Below, piece after piece: positions 54,960 to 64,000 of a stretch of DNA of 64,000 nt (positions are counted from its first letter, which is position 1; each line of letters starts with the position of its first letter). The DNA lies in NCBI GenBank assembly GCA_045640185.1, contig JAZUEN010000020.1, forward strand, positions 114,681 to 178,680, in the 5' to 3' direction. The notes under the pieces are model-generated. The model ran no database searches. It saw nothing but the letters and a program-made list of their open reading frames with translations, and was not told the DNA's origin. The stretch comes from Bacteroidales bacterium (GTDB taxonomy: Bacteria > Bacteroidota > Bacteroidia > Bacteroidales > SZUA-534). Made by a program: the position numbers and the translations under genes.

Positions 54960-55110
54960 TCTAATAAATTTATGTGCTACTTGTGACTGCGTCACCCATT
55001 GCACGTTAGACAATAAAAATTTTTGCGGTGCAAAAGTAGAAAAATAAAGGTTGCAAACAAGTGTTTTTACATCACTCATCTTTATTAATTTTGGCATCAA
55101 ACGCACAACA

Positions 55111-55884
55111 ATGAACGATACTGAATTAAAGCAGTTTCTTGACGAGCAGGCCTCGCGTTTCGATTGCGCCGATTTCATAAGTGCCGACCCCATTCAGATT
55201 CCACACCGTTTTGGCAATCCAGACGACATTGCCATTGCCGGGTTTCTGGCTTCGACAATTGCGTGGGGGCAACGTAAAAGCATAGTCAAGTCGGCTCATA
55301 GGTTGATTGACTGGATGGACGGCTCGCCATACGATTTCATAGCAAATTGCACCGATGCCGACTTGGCTCCATTCAATAATTTCGTTTACCGCACTTTCAA
55401 CGGCACCGATTGTGTGACATTCCTTAAGTCGCTTCGCAACATCTATAAAAATCACGGCGGTTTGGAACAGGTGGTGGCAAAAGGCTATGAATCGGCAGGT
55501 GACATCAAGGGGGCACTCACCTATTTATATAATGTGTTTTTCGAAATTGATCATCAGCACCGAACCGAAAAGCATCTGGCCAATCCTGAGAAAGGCTCGG
55601 CGTCGAAGCGGATGAATATGTTTCTGCGTTGGATGGTTCGCCAAAGCAATACTGGCGTCGATTTCGGAATCTGGAAGAGTATTCCGCAGTCGGCATTGTG
55701 CATTCCGCTCGATGTGCACGTCGGCAATGTGGCGCGCCAACTCGGCCTGCTCAAACGCAAGCAAAACGACTGGCAGGCGGTGGATGAACTGACTGCGCGC
55801 TTGCGCCAATTCTGCCCCGACGATCCCGTGAAATACGATTTTGCGCTGTTCAGTTTAGGCGTGAATGGTGAAACAATTATTTGA
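55111..55884 (+). CDS. TIGR02757 (DUF2400) family protein
   Basis: ADPIQIPHRF...IAGFLASTIAWGQRK.I......L...MD..PYDF and ...PLDVHV..VARQLGLL.RK..DW. The start is at ATG 55111. Confidence 0.6.
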   Translation: MNDTELKQFLDEQASRFDCADFISADPIQIPHRFGNPDDIAIAGFLASTIAWGQRKSIVKSAHRLIDWMDGSPYDFIANCTDADLAPFNNFVYRTFNGTDCVTFLKSLRNIYKNHGGLEQVVAKGYESAGDIKGALTYLYNVFFEIDHQHRTEKHLANPEKGSASKRMNMFLRWMVRQSNTGVDFGIWKSIPQSALCIPLDVHVGNVARQLGLLKRKQNDWQAVDELTARLRQFCPDDPVKYDFALFSLGVNGETII

Positions 55885-56012
55885 ACACAGATGACACGGT
55901 TCACATCAGATATACGCAAATTTTGGATTGCCGATCAAGGGCGCACGCGATGCCTAGTCACACTTATGCCTTATAAACTTATGCCTTTTGAACTTAATAC
56001 ACTCCACCCACT

Positions 56013-56726
56013 ATGAGTAACAACTATTTCTGTTTCAAGCAATTTGCAGTAGTCCAAGACAATGCGTCGATGAAAGTGGGCACCGATGGCGTCCTGCTGG
56101 GCGCTTGGTGCAACTGCAGTCAGTCAAGGCGCGTGCTCGATATTGGCACAGGCACTGGTCTGCTTGCACTTATGGTCGCCCAACGCTCCGAAGCAAGAAT
56201 AACGGCCGTGGAGATTGAGCCGAATGCTTGCCTTGACGCAATGGAGAATTTCGGCAACAGCCCGTGGCCAAAACGCATCGAACTATACAACCTGCCTATT
56301 CAGGAATATGCCGAAGACTGCGCTGAACAGTTCGACCTTATTGTGAGCAACCCGCCGTTCTTCAGCAACTCGCTCAAGGCGCCTGAAGCAGGTCGTTCGC
56401 TTGCACGGCATACCGACAGCCTTTCGGCAGAGGATCTTATGCACTGCGCTAGCAAGTTGCTCGCTGACAACGGAATACTGTCGGTGATAATACCTTGCGA
56501 CAATCTGGACGACTATGTCGAAAAGGCGGAGAAGCACAACCTGAAAGTCGTTCGCAAGACCTACGTAAGGCCAAACGACGAACTAGCCTGCAACCGCGTA
56601 TTGGTGGAATTTGGCTATCAGGCCGAAATAGTATCGGAAGAGACCATTGTGATAGAACAAGGCGGACGCCATTGCTACAGCCCTGAATACATTGCACTTA
56701 CACGCGATTTCTATCTCAAATTCTGA
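56013..56726 (+). CDS. trmN6: tRNA1(Val) (adenine37-N6)-methyltransferase-like SAM methyltransferase
   Basis: FKQF.V.QD...MKVGTDGVLLGAW, SAM motif I VLDIGTGTGLLALMVAQR, and catalytic IVSNPPFF. Confidence 0.75.
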   Translation: MSNNYFCFKQFAVVQDNASMKVGTDGVLLGAWCNCSQSRRVLDIGTGTGLLALMVAQRSEARITAVEIEPNACLDAMENFGNSPWPKRIELYNLPIQEYAEDCAEQFDLIVSNPPFFSNSLKAPEAGRSLARHTDSLSAEDLMHCASKLLADNGILSVIIPCDNLDDYVEKAEKHNLKVVRKTYVRPNDELACNRVLVEFGYQAEIVSEETIVIEQGGRHCYSPEYIALTRDFYLKF

Positions 56727-56758
56727 CGAATTTCTGCAAGAAGTCTCGCACAAAAAAA

Positions 56759-56781
56759 AGCCACACCTGAAAGATGTGGCT
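56759..56781. terminator. Bidirectional terminator between trmN6 and manC
   Basis: A 7-bp stem, AGCCACA (56759-56765) / TGTGGCT (56775-56781), preceded by an A8 run. Confidence 0.55.
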
Positions 56782-56804
56782 CAATTTCCATTTTGGGGCA
56801 TACA

Positions 56805-57896
56805 CTAAATGTACTTGTTTCCTGTTTTGGTCTTTATGTCGTTTACAATGACTTTCACAGTCTGTTCCTCGTCCTTGTCACAGATGAGCAAGGCGTCTGG
56901 GGTGTCGACCACAATATAGTTGTCAAGTCCCTGAACTACAACCAATTTATCTTTAGGCGCATAGATGATTGAACGATGGGTGCTGTAAAGAAGGACATTC
57001 TCGCCGTCAACGACATTTTGGTCGTCGTTTTTTGGCTGATTTTCATACAGCGACGTCCAAGTGCCTAAATCGGACCATCCGAAATGAGAGCCGAGCACTG
57101 CCACATTGTTGGCCTTTTCCATCACGCCGTAGTCGATAGATATGTTTGGGCAGACAGGATATATCTGCTGGATGGCATCGTCCTCGTCGGCAGTGTTGAA
57201 CAATTCCGACTTGCTGTTGAAAAGGTTGTACACTTCGGCCAAATGGTTCTTGAAAGCTTCCTGAATGGATTTCAGCGACCACAAGAAAATTCCTGAATTC
57301 CAATAGAATTCGCCACTCTCGACAAAGAACTTGGCAAACTCAAGGTTAGGCTTCTCTGTGAAAGCCTTCACTTTGCGCAAATCGGCAATGTTGTGGAAAT
57401 CAATCGACTCGTCGAACTGGATATAGCCATAGCCGGTGTCAGGCCTAGTCGGCTGGATGCCGAGTGTCAACAGGTTGTCGTTGTTGCTGACAAAGTCGAA
57501 CCCCTTGCTGATTGTGTCGATGAACATCTGGTCGTTCAGAATCAGGTGGTCGGAAGGTGCCACTACAATGCTCGCATCCGGATTCATTTGCTGAATGCGG
57601 AAGTTGGCATAGGCAATGCAAGGCGCCGTATTGCGACGCGCTGGCTCAAGCAATATCTGCGATGCGTTGATTTGAGGCAGTTGCTTAAGTGTCAGGTCCT
57701 TGTACTCGGCGCTTGTGACGATAAGCACGTTTTCTGGCGGGACAATCTTTGTGAAGCGTTCGAATGTGAGCTGCAGCAATGACTTGCCTATTCCCAGTAT
57801 GTCAATGAATTGCTTCGGATAAGTGGAACGGCTGACAGGCCAAAAACGAGTGCCTGCGCCCCCCGCCATTATTACACAATATAGATTTTGGTTCAT
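56805..57896 (-). CDS. manC: Mannose-1-phosphate guanylyltransferase
   Basis: The N-terminal nucleotidyl-transferase motif is VIMAGGAGTRFWPVSR...PKQF, followed by ...LLEPARRNTAPCIA.... About 360 aa. Confidence 0.85.
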   Translation of the reverse strand: MNQNLYCVIMAGGAGTRFWPVSRSTYPKQFIDILGIGKSLLQLTFERFTKIVPPENVLIVTSAEYKDLTLKQLPQINASQILLEPARRNTAPCIAYANFRIQQMNPDASIVVAPSDHLILNDQMFIDTISKGFDFVSNNDNLLTLGIQPTRPDTGYGYIQFDESIDFHNIADLRKVKAFTEKPNLEFAKFFVESGEFYWNSGIFLWSLKSIQEAFKNHLAEVYNLFNSKSELFNTADEDDAIQQIYPVCPNISIDYGVMEKANNVAVLGSHFGWSDLGTWTSLYENQPKNDDQNVVDGENVLLYSTHRSIIYAPKDKLVVVQGLDNYIVVDTPDALLICDKDEEQTVKVIVNDIKTKTGNKYI

Positions 57897-58103
57897 AGCA
57901 TTTTGTAAATTACCCTACAAAGATATACGTCTGCCGAAAAAAGACTAATTGCATTTGACATTTGCCGTGTATTTTTGGCGAACGTCATGTTTTGTTACGG
58001 CATTGGACGTGTTTTAGCCATTAAGCTGATTTGGCAATTCCGCAATTCGGAAAAAACACGTTTTTCACATATATTTCGGGGCACAATTTTCTTCGACACC
58101 GAC

Positions 58104-58973
58104 ATGAAGCAATTACCACTACTTATAGCTGTGCCACTTCTATTTATGGCCTGCACAAAAAACGCACCGAACACCTTTGCCGGTGGCAGTTATCGCATTG
58201 CCAACGACTACATCGCCCCCTGCGAAGCGGAAATGATTCCGGAAGCGGCAAACTTCCGGCCATCGCTGAAGTACGGCATGACTGCAAATGCAAGCCAGGC
58301 ATCGGAACAGAAAATCATAAAGGAAGGCTCGATGGAAATAGAAGTGTCCCAACTGGATACGGCAAAAACGCAAGTGGACAACCTGCTGAAAAAGAGCAAC
58401 GGCTACTATTCGCACGAGAACTACAGAAAATATGAATTCTCGACCGAATACTCGCTAGGGATAAGAATTCCTGCAGACAGCCTGGAAATTTTCGTCAGCA
58501 AAATTGAAGGGCTAGGCTACAACGTAACATCAAAAGACATACACGCACGCGATGTCACAGAGCACTACATCGATTTGGAAACACGCCTCAACAACAAGAA
58601 AAACTACCTGGCACAATACAATGAGCTGCTGAAAAAGGCAAAAACCATAACCGAAATTTCAGACATAGAAGACAAGATACGCGTGATTGAAGAGGAAGTG
58701 GAAAGCACAACCAACCAACTGGAATACCTACAAGGCCAGATAGACTACAGCTCGCTGGAAATGAGCATAACAAAACGCACACGGTACTACGACGCTGACG
58801 GCAATCTGATAAACAAGGACTCGGTCTGGAAACGGATTGCCGACTCGGTGAAGACAAGCATCCATATCTTCGTCGAATTCATATACTTCCTGATAAAGAT
58901 ATGGCCGTTCATTGCAATAGCGGCAATCGTATATGCCAGAATACACAAGCGTAGGAAAAGAGACAAAAAATGA
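58104..58973 (+). CDS. DUF4349-like lipoprotein with C-terminal membrane anchor
   Basis: Lipobox MKQLPLLIAVPLLFMAC from ATG 58104, a central coiled-coil block (HYIDLETRLNNKKNYLAQYNELLKKA.TI.EI..IE.KI..IE.E.E....QL.YL..QIDYS.L), and a terminal TM helix. Confidence 0.6.
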   Translation: MKQLPLLIAVPLLFMACTKNAPNTFAGGSYRIANDYIAPCEAEMIPEAANFRPSLKYGMTANASQASEQKIIKEGSMEIEVSQLDTAKTQVDNLLKKSNGYYSHENYRKYEFSTEYSLGIRIPADSLEIFVSKIEGLGYNVTSKDIHARDVTEHYIDLETRLNNKKNYLAQYNELLKKAKTITEISDIEDKIRVIEEEVESTTNQLEYLQGQIDYSSLEMSITKRTRYYDADGNLINKDSVWKRIADSVKTSIHIFVEFIYFLIKIWPFIAIAAIVYARIHKRRKRDKK

Positions 58974-59010
58974 AAAGGCCGCAAGCAATTTGCAGAGCTC
59001 CACTTTTCGA

Positions 59011-59060
59011 CACTAAAGCCCTGAAAGCCTCAAAAAACTTTCAGGGCTTTAGTGTTTTTA
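59011..59060 (+). terminator. Strong rho-independent terminator
   Basis: A perfect 17-bp stem, CACTAAAGCCCTGAAAG (59011-59027) / CTTTCAGGGCTTTAGTG (59038-59054), followed by TTTTTA. Confidence 0.85.
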
Positions 59061-59180
59061 GCCACAACCCGATACAAAACGCAACAACGCAAAAATCCGA
59101 ATAGAAAAGATTTTTCCGTTCGTCACAAAGAAATTAACAATCGTCCCCAAAAACGGGAAGTTATCAACAATGGTGTAAAA

Positions 59181-59207
59181 AAGTGGCTAAAAATGGAAAG
59201 AAGTGGG
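59181..59207 (+). promoter_or_regulatory. Three AARTGG direct repeats at exact 10-bp spacing, candidate MraZ operator
   Basis: AAGTGGC (59181), AAATGGA (59191) and AAGTGGG (59201). They lie 12 nt upstream of the -7 box of the dcw promoter. Confidence 0.5.
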
Positions 59208-59218
59208 AATTTATAGCT

Positions 59219-59226
59219 TATTTTTG
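59219..59226 (+). promoter_or_regulatory. Bacteroidota -7 promoter box (TATTTTTG) of the mraZ/dcw operon
   Basis: It matches TAnnTTTG and lies 22 nt upstream of the mraZ ATG (59248). Confidence 0.5.
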
Positions 59227-59247
59227 AGCCTTGATTAAGTGTCTGAT

Positions 59248-59706
59248 ATGGCAAACTTTATAGGTGACTATCGTTGTAAGGTCGATGCAAAAGGCCGAAT
59301 ACTGTTCCCTGCCGGGCTCAAAAAGCAGTTGGAAAGCGGCAATTGCTTTGTCATAAAGAAAGACCTGTTCGAGCAATGCCTTGTAATGTACACATCGGCA
59401 GAGTGGGAACGCCAGAACGAGATTATCAGAAGCCAAATCAATCCATTCAACAAGGAGCACAACCGTTTCCTGCGCGGTTTCTACCGCGGGACAGCCGAGA
59501 TTGAACTCGACAACAACGGACGCCTGCTGCTGCCAAAGCGACTGCTCGACGAGGCAGGCATCGACAAGGACATTGTGCTGTCGGGACAAGACACAAAAAT
59601 TGAACTCTGGGCCGAAAGCAAATACGACGCCATGGAAGAAGACGAAGACGAATTTGCAACACTTGCCGAGAAGATAATGAAGGGCTCGTCAAATGCGGAG
59701 GTGTAA
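59248..59706 (+). CDS. mraZ: Transcriptional regulator MraZ
   Basis: Duplicated SpoVT-AbrB/MraZ motif: FIGDYRCKVDAKGRILFPAGLKKQL and ELDNNGRLLLPKRLLDEAGI. ATG 59248 is preferred to GTG 59239. Confidence 0.9.
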   Translation: MANFIGDYRCKVDAKGRILFPAGLKKQLESGNCFVIKKDLFEQCLVMYTSAEWERQNEIIRSQINPFNKEHNRFLRGFYRGTAEIELDNNGRLLLPKRLLDEAGIDKDIVLSGQDTKIELWAESKYDAMEEDEDEFATLAEKIMKGSSNAEV

Positions 59707-60609
59707 ATGGAAGCATATCACACACCTGTCCTTCTGCAAGAGAGCGTTGACGGACTGAACATCAACCCAGCAGGAACCTATGTCGATTGCACCTTCGGAG
59801 GCGGAGGTCATTCACGCGAGATACTATCGAGACTGAACAGCAACGGACATCTGGTGGCATTCGACCAAGACGAAGACGCTTTGGCGAACCGCCCCGATGA
59901 CAACCGGCTGACACTCGTGCACGGAAACTTCAAATACCTGCGCAACTACCTGCGGTTTGAAGGCTACCCGATGGTTGACGGCATTTTGGCCGATTTGGGC
60001 GTTTCAGGACACCACTTCGACAGCCAGACACGAGGATTCTCGTTCCGATTCGACAGCCCGCTCGACATGAGGATGAACCAACAGGCCGACTTTTCGGCCC
60101 AGAACATAGTGAACGAATATTCGGTCGACCAACTGGCATCGATGTTCAGGATGTATGGCGAACTCGACAACGCCGGACGCGTGGCATGGCTCATCGACGG
60201 ATACCGCAAAGGCAACCGCATCGACACCGTAGGCCAGCTGAAGGACGCCATTGCGCAAGTGACTCCGCAAAAGGCCGCGACAAAATTCCTGGCCAAGGTG
60301 TTCCAGGCTTTGCGCATCGAGGTAAACCACGAGATGGACGCCCTGAAGGAGATGCTGGAACAGACATCGGAAGTGATAAAGCCAGGTGGCAAACTGGTGG
60401 TCATAACATATCACTCGCTTGAAGACAGACTGGTGAAAAACTATATGAAGAACGGCAAATTCGATGGCCAGGCTGAAAGGGATTTGTTTGGAAACGTGGA
60501 CGTTCCGTTCAAAATGGAGAACCACAAGGTCATTATTCCCGACAGTCAGGAGCTGGACGAAAACAGCCGTTCGCGCAGCGCAAAACTGAGAATTGCAGAA
60601 AAACAGTAG
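59707..60609 (+). CDS. rsmH: 16S rRNA (cytosine1402-N4)-methyltransferase RsmH
   Basis: YHTPVLLQESVDGLNI...GTYVDCTFGGGGHS, ...DLGVSGHHFD...RGFSF, and ...ITYHSLEDRLVK. Confidence 0.95.
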   Translation: MEAYHTPVLLQESVDGLNINPAGTYVDCTFGGGGHSREILSRLNSNGHLVAFDQDEDALANRPDDNRLTLVHGNFKYLRNYLRFEGYPMVDGILADLGVSGHHFDSQTRGFSFRFDSPLDMRMNQQADFSAQNIVNEYSVDQLASMFRMYGELDNAGRVAWLIDGYRKGNRIDTVGQLKDAIAQVTPQKAATKFLAKVFQALRIEVNHEMDALKEMLEQTSEVIKPGGKLVVITYHSLEDRLVKNYMKNGKFDGQAERDLFGNVDVPFKMENHKVIIPDSQELDENSRSRSAKLRIAEKQ

Positions 60610-60613
60610 GCAA

Positions 60614-60946
60614 ATGGCAAAGTCGGAGAAAAAAATATCGATGAAAAACCTGATAAGTGGCCAATTCCTGAGTCGCGAGGGATTCTTGAACCAACTGCCA
60701 TTCATCGCCTTCCTGTTCGGACTGGGGCTGGTTTACATAACCAACCACTTCAATGCTGAAAAGGTATTGCGCGAGACGCAAAAACTGGAAAAGGAACTGC
60801 ACGAACTTCGAGCCGAATCAATTACGCGCGCATCGAACTTAATGTACATAAGCAAGCAGTCGCAAGTGTCGAAGCTTGTAAAAGACAGAAATTTAGGACT
60901 TGAGGAGGCCGTAACGCCGCCCCGTCAGATAATTGTTGACCGATAA
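60614..60946 (+). CDS. ftsL: FtsL-like cell division protein
   Basis: It sits between rsmH and ftsI. It has a single TM (LPFIAFLFGLGLVYI) followed by a coiled coil. Its stop overlaps the ftsI ATG (TAATG). Confidence 0.65.
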   Translation: MAKSEKKISMKNLISGQFLSREGFLNQLPFIAFLFGLGLVYITNHFNAEKVLRETQKLEKELHELRAESITRASNLMYISKQSQVSKLVKDRNLGLEEAVTPPRQIIVDR

Positions 60947-63063
60947 TGTCAGGAGAGAACATAAAAAAGGGTATTGAGAAGCGATTCGCGGTGGTGTACA
61001 TCTGCACCATCATATTCGCCTTTTTCATTGTCGGGCGCATAGTGTTCCTCAACATTTGGCAGCACGACAAATGGATTGGCCGCATAAACGAGTCGCAAAA
61101 GGAGATAGAGATAGAACCGACACGAGGCGACATCTGCGCCTCAGACGGGCACAGCATTCTCGCCACATCAATCCCGTACTACGAGGTGAGGCTTGACACT
61201 CGCGCCACCAATTCCGACGTGTTCACGAAAAATGTCGATTCGCTTGCCCTTAGGCTGTCACGCCTGTTCAAGGACAAAACCGAATATGAATACAAGCGGG
61301 CGTTAATATCGGCGCGCAACCGTGGCGAACGCTACTATCTGGTCCACCGCAGAGTCAACTTTGTGGAGCTCAAGGAGCTGAAGACTTTTCCGCTATTCAG
61401 GATGGGCCGCTACAAAGGCGGTGTGATATACGTTCAGGAAAACAGGCGCGTACGCCCGTTCGGCACGCTTGCCGCCCGTACAATAGGCTACGAGGGTCAA
61501 GGCGGAATAAAAGTCGGGCTTGAGGGCGCATACGACAAGGATCTGTCGGGCGAAAAAGGCTACTTCATTGGCCAACGCATACCTGGAGGCTACTATGTGC
61601 CTATCAGCGACGAGAATCAGGTTGACCCGAAAGACGGCTACGACATAATAACAACCATCGACATAAACCTGCAAGACGTTGCACACAGCGCACTTGAGAA
61701 CCAACTCAAAAAACATGGCGCCAAATACGGCACAGCAATACTCATGGAAGTTGCCACCGGCGACATAAAGGCCATTGTGAACCTTACGAAAGACGATTTG
61801 GCCGACCGCTACGTGGAGTCGCTCAACTACGCCGTGGGCACACGCACCGAACCTGGCTCGACCATGAAGCTGCCCTCGCTAATGGCTGGCTTGGAAGACG
61901 GATGCTTCGACCTTGACGATTCCGTCGACACTGGAAACGGTAAATGGAAAATATACGACCTTACCATTTCAGACACCAAAAAGGAAGGCCACGGAGTGAT
62001 ATCGGTAAAGCATGTGTTTGAAGTCTCGTCGAACATTGGCGTTGCAAAGCTCATAACCGAAAGCTACGGCAAGGACCCGATGAAATTTGTAAACCGCTTG
62101 CGCAACATGTCGCTCGACGCACCTCTGGAGCTTGAGATTCAAGGCGGACGCGACGGTTACGTGAAAGACCCAACCGACAAGCTGTGGTCTGGCGTGTCGC
62201 TGGCGCAAATGGCCTACGGATATGAGACGGAATTCACACCTCTCAACATACTGACATTCTACAACGCTGTCGCCAACAACGGGAAAATGATGCGTCCGCG
62301 GTTCGTTAAGTCGATAGTGAACCACGGGCAGGTGGTGCGCGAAATACCCACCGACGTCATAAATCCCTCAATCTGCTCGCGCGAGACAATACGCAAGGCC
62401 CAGGAAATGCTTTGCGGCGTAGTGGAGAACGGCACGGCAAAGAACATGCGCAACGACACATACAAGATTGCCGGCAAGACCGGAACTGCACAGCTGAACC
62501 AGAACGGAACATACCGCTATCAAGGGCGCATCGCCTACCAAGCATCGTTCTGCGGATACTTCCCCGCCGACGACCCGAAATACTCGTGCATCGTAGTAGT
62601 CAACGCTCCCACAAGCGGAGTATATACGGGCAACTGGGCGGCAGGTCCGGTATTCAAGGAAATAGCCGACAAGGTCTACTCGACACACATTGAGTTGCAC
62701 AAAGACCGCCAGCAAGACATGGCAACAGAGCAAAAGGAACTTATACCCGTGTCGAAAAGCGGCTACTACATTGAGACAAGATACGTGGCCGACAAGCTCG
62801 ATATCCCCATTGAATTCGGCGGGAACAAGAGCGAATGGGTAAGCACGAACAAGACCGATTCGACAATAAAGATATCTAGCCGCACAATCACAAGCAATAC
62901 TGTCCCCTACGTCATCGGAATGGGTGCAAAAGATGCCATCTTCATTCTTGAAAACGCAGGGATGTCGGTGTCGGTGGTAGGGCGCGGAATGGTTACACAG
63001 CAATCGTTGCGCGCAGGCGACGTATTTAGAAAAGGTGACAAAATAACCATAACACTATCGTAA
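60946..63063 (+). CDS. ftsI: Penicillin-binding protein (class B transpeptidase, FtsI/PBP3-like)
   Basis: N-terminal TM, a dimerisation domain, and the transpeptidase motifs STMK (GSTMKLPS), SSN (VSSNIG) and KTGT (AGKTGTAQ). Confidence 0.9.
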   Translation: MSGENIKKGIEKRFAVVYICTIIFAFFIVGRIVFLNIWQHDKWIGRINESQKEIEIEPTRGDICASDGHSILATSIPYYEVRLDTRATNSDVFTKNVDSLALRLSRLFKDKTEYEYKRALISARNRGERYYLVHRRVNFVELKELKTFPLFRMGRYKGGVIYVQENRRVRPFGTLAARTIGYEGQGGIKVGLEGAYDKDLSGEKGYFIGQRIPGGYYVPISDENQVDPKDGYDIITTIDINLQDVAHSALENQLKKHGAKYGTAILMEVATGDIKAIVNLTKDDLADRYVESLNYAVGTRTEPGSTMKLPSLMAGLEDGCFDLDDSVDTGNGKWKIYDLTISDTKKEGHGVISVKHVFEVSSNIGVAKLITESYGKDPMKFVNRLRNMSLDAPLELEIQGGRDGYVKDPTDKLWSGVSLAQMAYGYETEFTPLNILTFYNAVANNGKMMRPRFVKSIVNHGQVVREIPTDVINPSICSRETIRKAQEMLCGVVENGTAKNMRNDTYKIAGKTGTAQLNQNGTYRYQGRIAYQASFCGYFPADDPKYSCIVVVNAPTSGVYTGNWAAGPVFKEIADKVYSTHIELHKDRQQDMATEQKELIPVSKSGYYIETRYVADKLDIPIEFGGNKSEWVSTNKTDSTIKISSRTITSNTVPYVIGMGAKDAIFILENAGMSVSVVGRGMVTQQSLRAGDVFRKGDKITITLS

Positions 63064-64000
63064 TGGACATCAACAAGTTATTCGAAGACATAAAAATAAA
63101 GGGATGGATTGGCGACATGAACGCCACCATAGCCGGCATAACCAGCGACTCGCGCAAGGTTGCCAAGGATTGGCTATTCATTGCCGTACGTGGCGTAAAT
63201 GTTGACGGACATAAATTCATTCCTCAAGTAATAGAGGCTGGGGCATCGGTGATTGTATGCGAAGAAGCGCCAGCCAACCGTCCTGACAATGTACTGTTCG
63301 CAGTTGTCGAAGATTCCGCCACCGCACTCGGACAGCTGGCATCGAACTGGTACGGGCGCCCGTCGGAAAGCCTGAAGCTGGTTGGCATAACGGGCACCAA
63401 CGGCAAAACCACTACCGTGACGCTTCTGCACAGAATGGCCACAAAGCTAGGCTACAAGGCTGGCCTGCTGTCGACTGTGCGCAACATAATAGGCACACGC
63501 GAGGTTGAAGCAACCCAGACAACCCCCGACCCGCTGCAGCTGCACCGCCTGATGGCGGAAATGGTTGAAATAGGCTGCGACTACTGTTTTATGGAAGTCA
63601 GCTCGCACGCCGCACACCAACGCCGCATTGCCGGACTGAAGTTTGCCGGAGCCATATTCTCGAACCTGACTCAAGACCACCTCGACTACCACAAGACATT
63701 TGCCGACTACAGGGATGCGAAGAAGTTGTTCTTCGACGGGCTTAAATCAGATGCGTTCGCAGTCGTCAACATCGATGACCGAAACGGAATGGTGATGCTG
63801 CAGAATTGCAAAGCTCACAAATACACCTACGCGCTTCAGTCGATGGCCGACTTCAAGTGCAAGGTAATGGAATCGAGCTTCGAGGGAATGCAGCTCAACA
63901 TCGACGGAGTTGAAGTCTGGACAAGCTTTGTAGGCAAGTTCAACGCATACAACCTGCTGGCCGTCTATTCGGCATCGGTGCTGCTCGGATTCGACAAGAC
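63063..64000 (+). CDS. murE: UDP-N-acetylmuramoyl-L-alanyl-D-glutamate--2,6-diaminopimelate ligase, 3' end cut by the window edge
   Basis: It is not in the ORF track because no stop falls inside the window. My own translation from ATG 63063 gives MDINKLFEDIK...ITSDSRKV......FIAVRG..VDGHKFI...IEAGA...V......LKLVGITGTNGKTTT...L...LG.K.GL.ST..........T.TTPD...L...M...V..G......EVSSHA. The start overlaps the ftsI stop (TAATG). Confidence 0.85.
   Translation, partial: MDINKLFEDIKIKGWIGDMNATIAGITSDSRKVAKDWLFIAVRGVNVDGHKFIPQVIEAGASVIVCEEAPANRPDNVLFAVVEDSATALGQLASNWYGRPSESLKLVGITGTNGKTTTVTLLHRMATKLGYKAGLLSTVRNIIGTREVEATQTTPDPLQLHRLMAEMVEIGCDYCFMEVSSHAAHQRRIAGLKFAGAIFSNLTQDHLDYHKTFADYRDAKKLFFDGLKSDAFAVVNIDDRNGMVMLQNCKAHKYTYALQSMADFKCKVMESSFEGMQLNIDGVEVWTSFVGKFNAYNLLAVYSASVLLGFDK

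Noticed and set aside
55962-55987. Direct repeat ACTTATGCCTT x2 (15-bp period) upstream of trmN6
   Set aside because: The repeat is real, but it is short and AT-rich with no associated regulator or palindrome. It is too little to interpret and may simply reflect promoter-region composition.
60004-60705. 233-aa ORF on the minus strand
   Set aside because: It is antisense to rsmH and ftsL in the conserved dcw operon and has no recognisable motifs.
62368-63003. 211-aa ORF on the minus strand
   Set aside because: It is antisense to ftsI, whose SxxK/SxN/KTG motifs are all in the plus frame.
1-64000. Search for mobile elements, integrases, tRNA/rRNA genes, CRISPR arrays and known defence-system genes
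   Set aside because: I recognised none. There are no transposase, integrase or recombinase motifs, no tRNA-like cloverleafs in the spacers, and no short regular repeat-spacer arrays. The window looks like core chromosome with a few accessory-looking operons.

Overview
This is a 64-kb chromosomal window that looks like Bacteroidota, probably Bacteroidales. Evidence for that: TAnnTTTG -7 promoter boxes, T9SS cargo and PorP/SprF, a long YidC, DUF4296/DUF4349/DUF2807-type genes, and a BlaR1-TonB fusion. I support about 58 protein-coding genes. I saw no rRNA, tRNA, CRISPR array, transposase or integrase.

The housekeeping backbone is guaB, engB, prs, comF, dprA, rarA, valS, ruvB, yidC, pth, rplY, manC and the start of the dcw cluster (mraZ-rsmH-ftsL-ftsI-murE). 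murE runs off the 3' edge and is missing from the ORF track. A CDF transporter is cut by the 5' edge.

The dominant feature is an 11.9-kb gene (32803-44661, minus strand) for a 3,952-aa SprB-like adhesin. It ends in a T9SS type-B C-terminal domain and is followed directly by porP/sprF.

Things I consider worth a second look:
1. A family of non-coding intergenic repeats, with three clear and two diverged copies, each anchored on a GC hairpin. I do not recognise it.
2. A membrane-anchored LytTR regulator, followed by a tract of direct repeats and an orphan membrane-redox operon (DsbD_2-like, NapH-like polyferredoxin, small exported protein).
3. A YtrA-type GntR/ABC operon with the regulator placed distally, a 26-bp palindromic candidate operator, and a Yip1-thioredoxin fusion gene.
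4. A peroxiredoxin homolog that has lost its peroxidatic cysteine.
5. The unusual internal architecture of the giant adhesin: a strictly alternating two-module array and an orphan P-domain.

All family calls come from motif recognition by eye. No database search was run.
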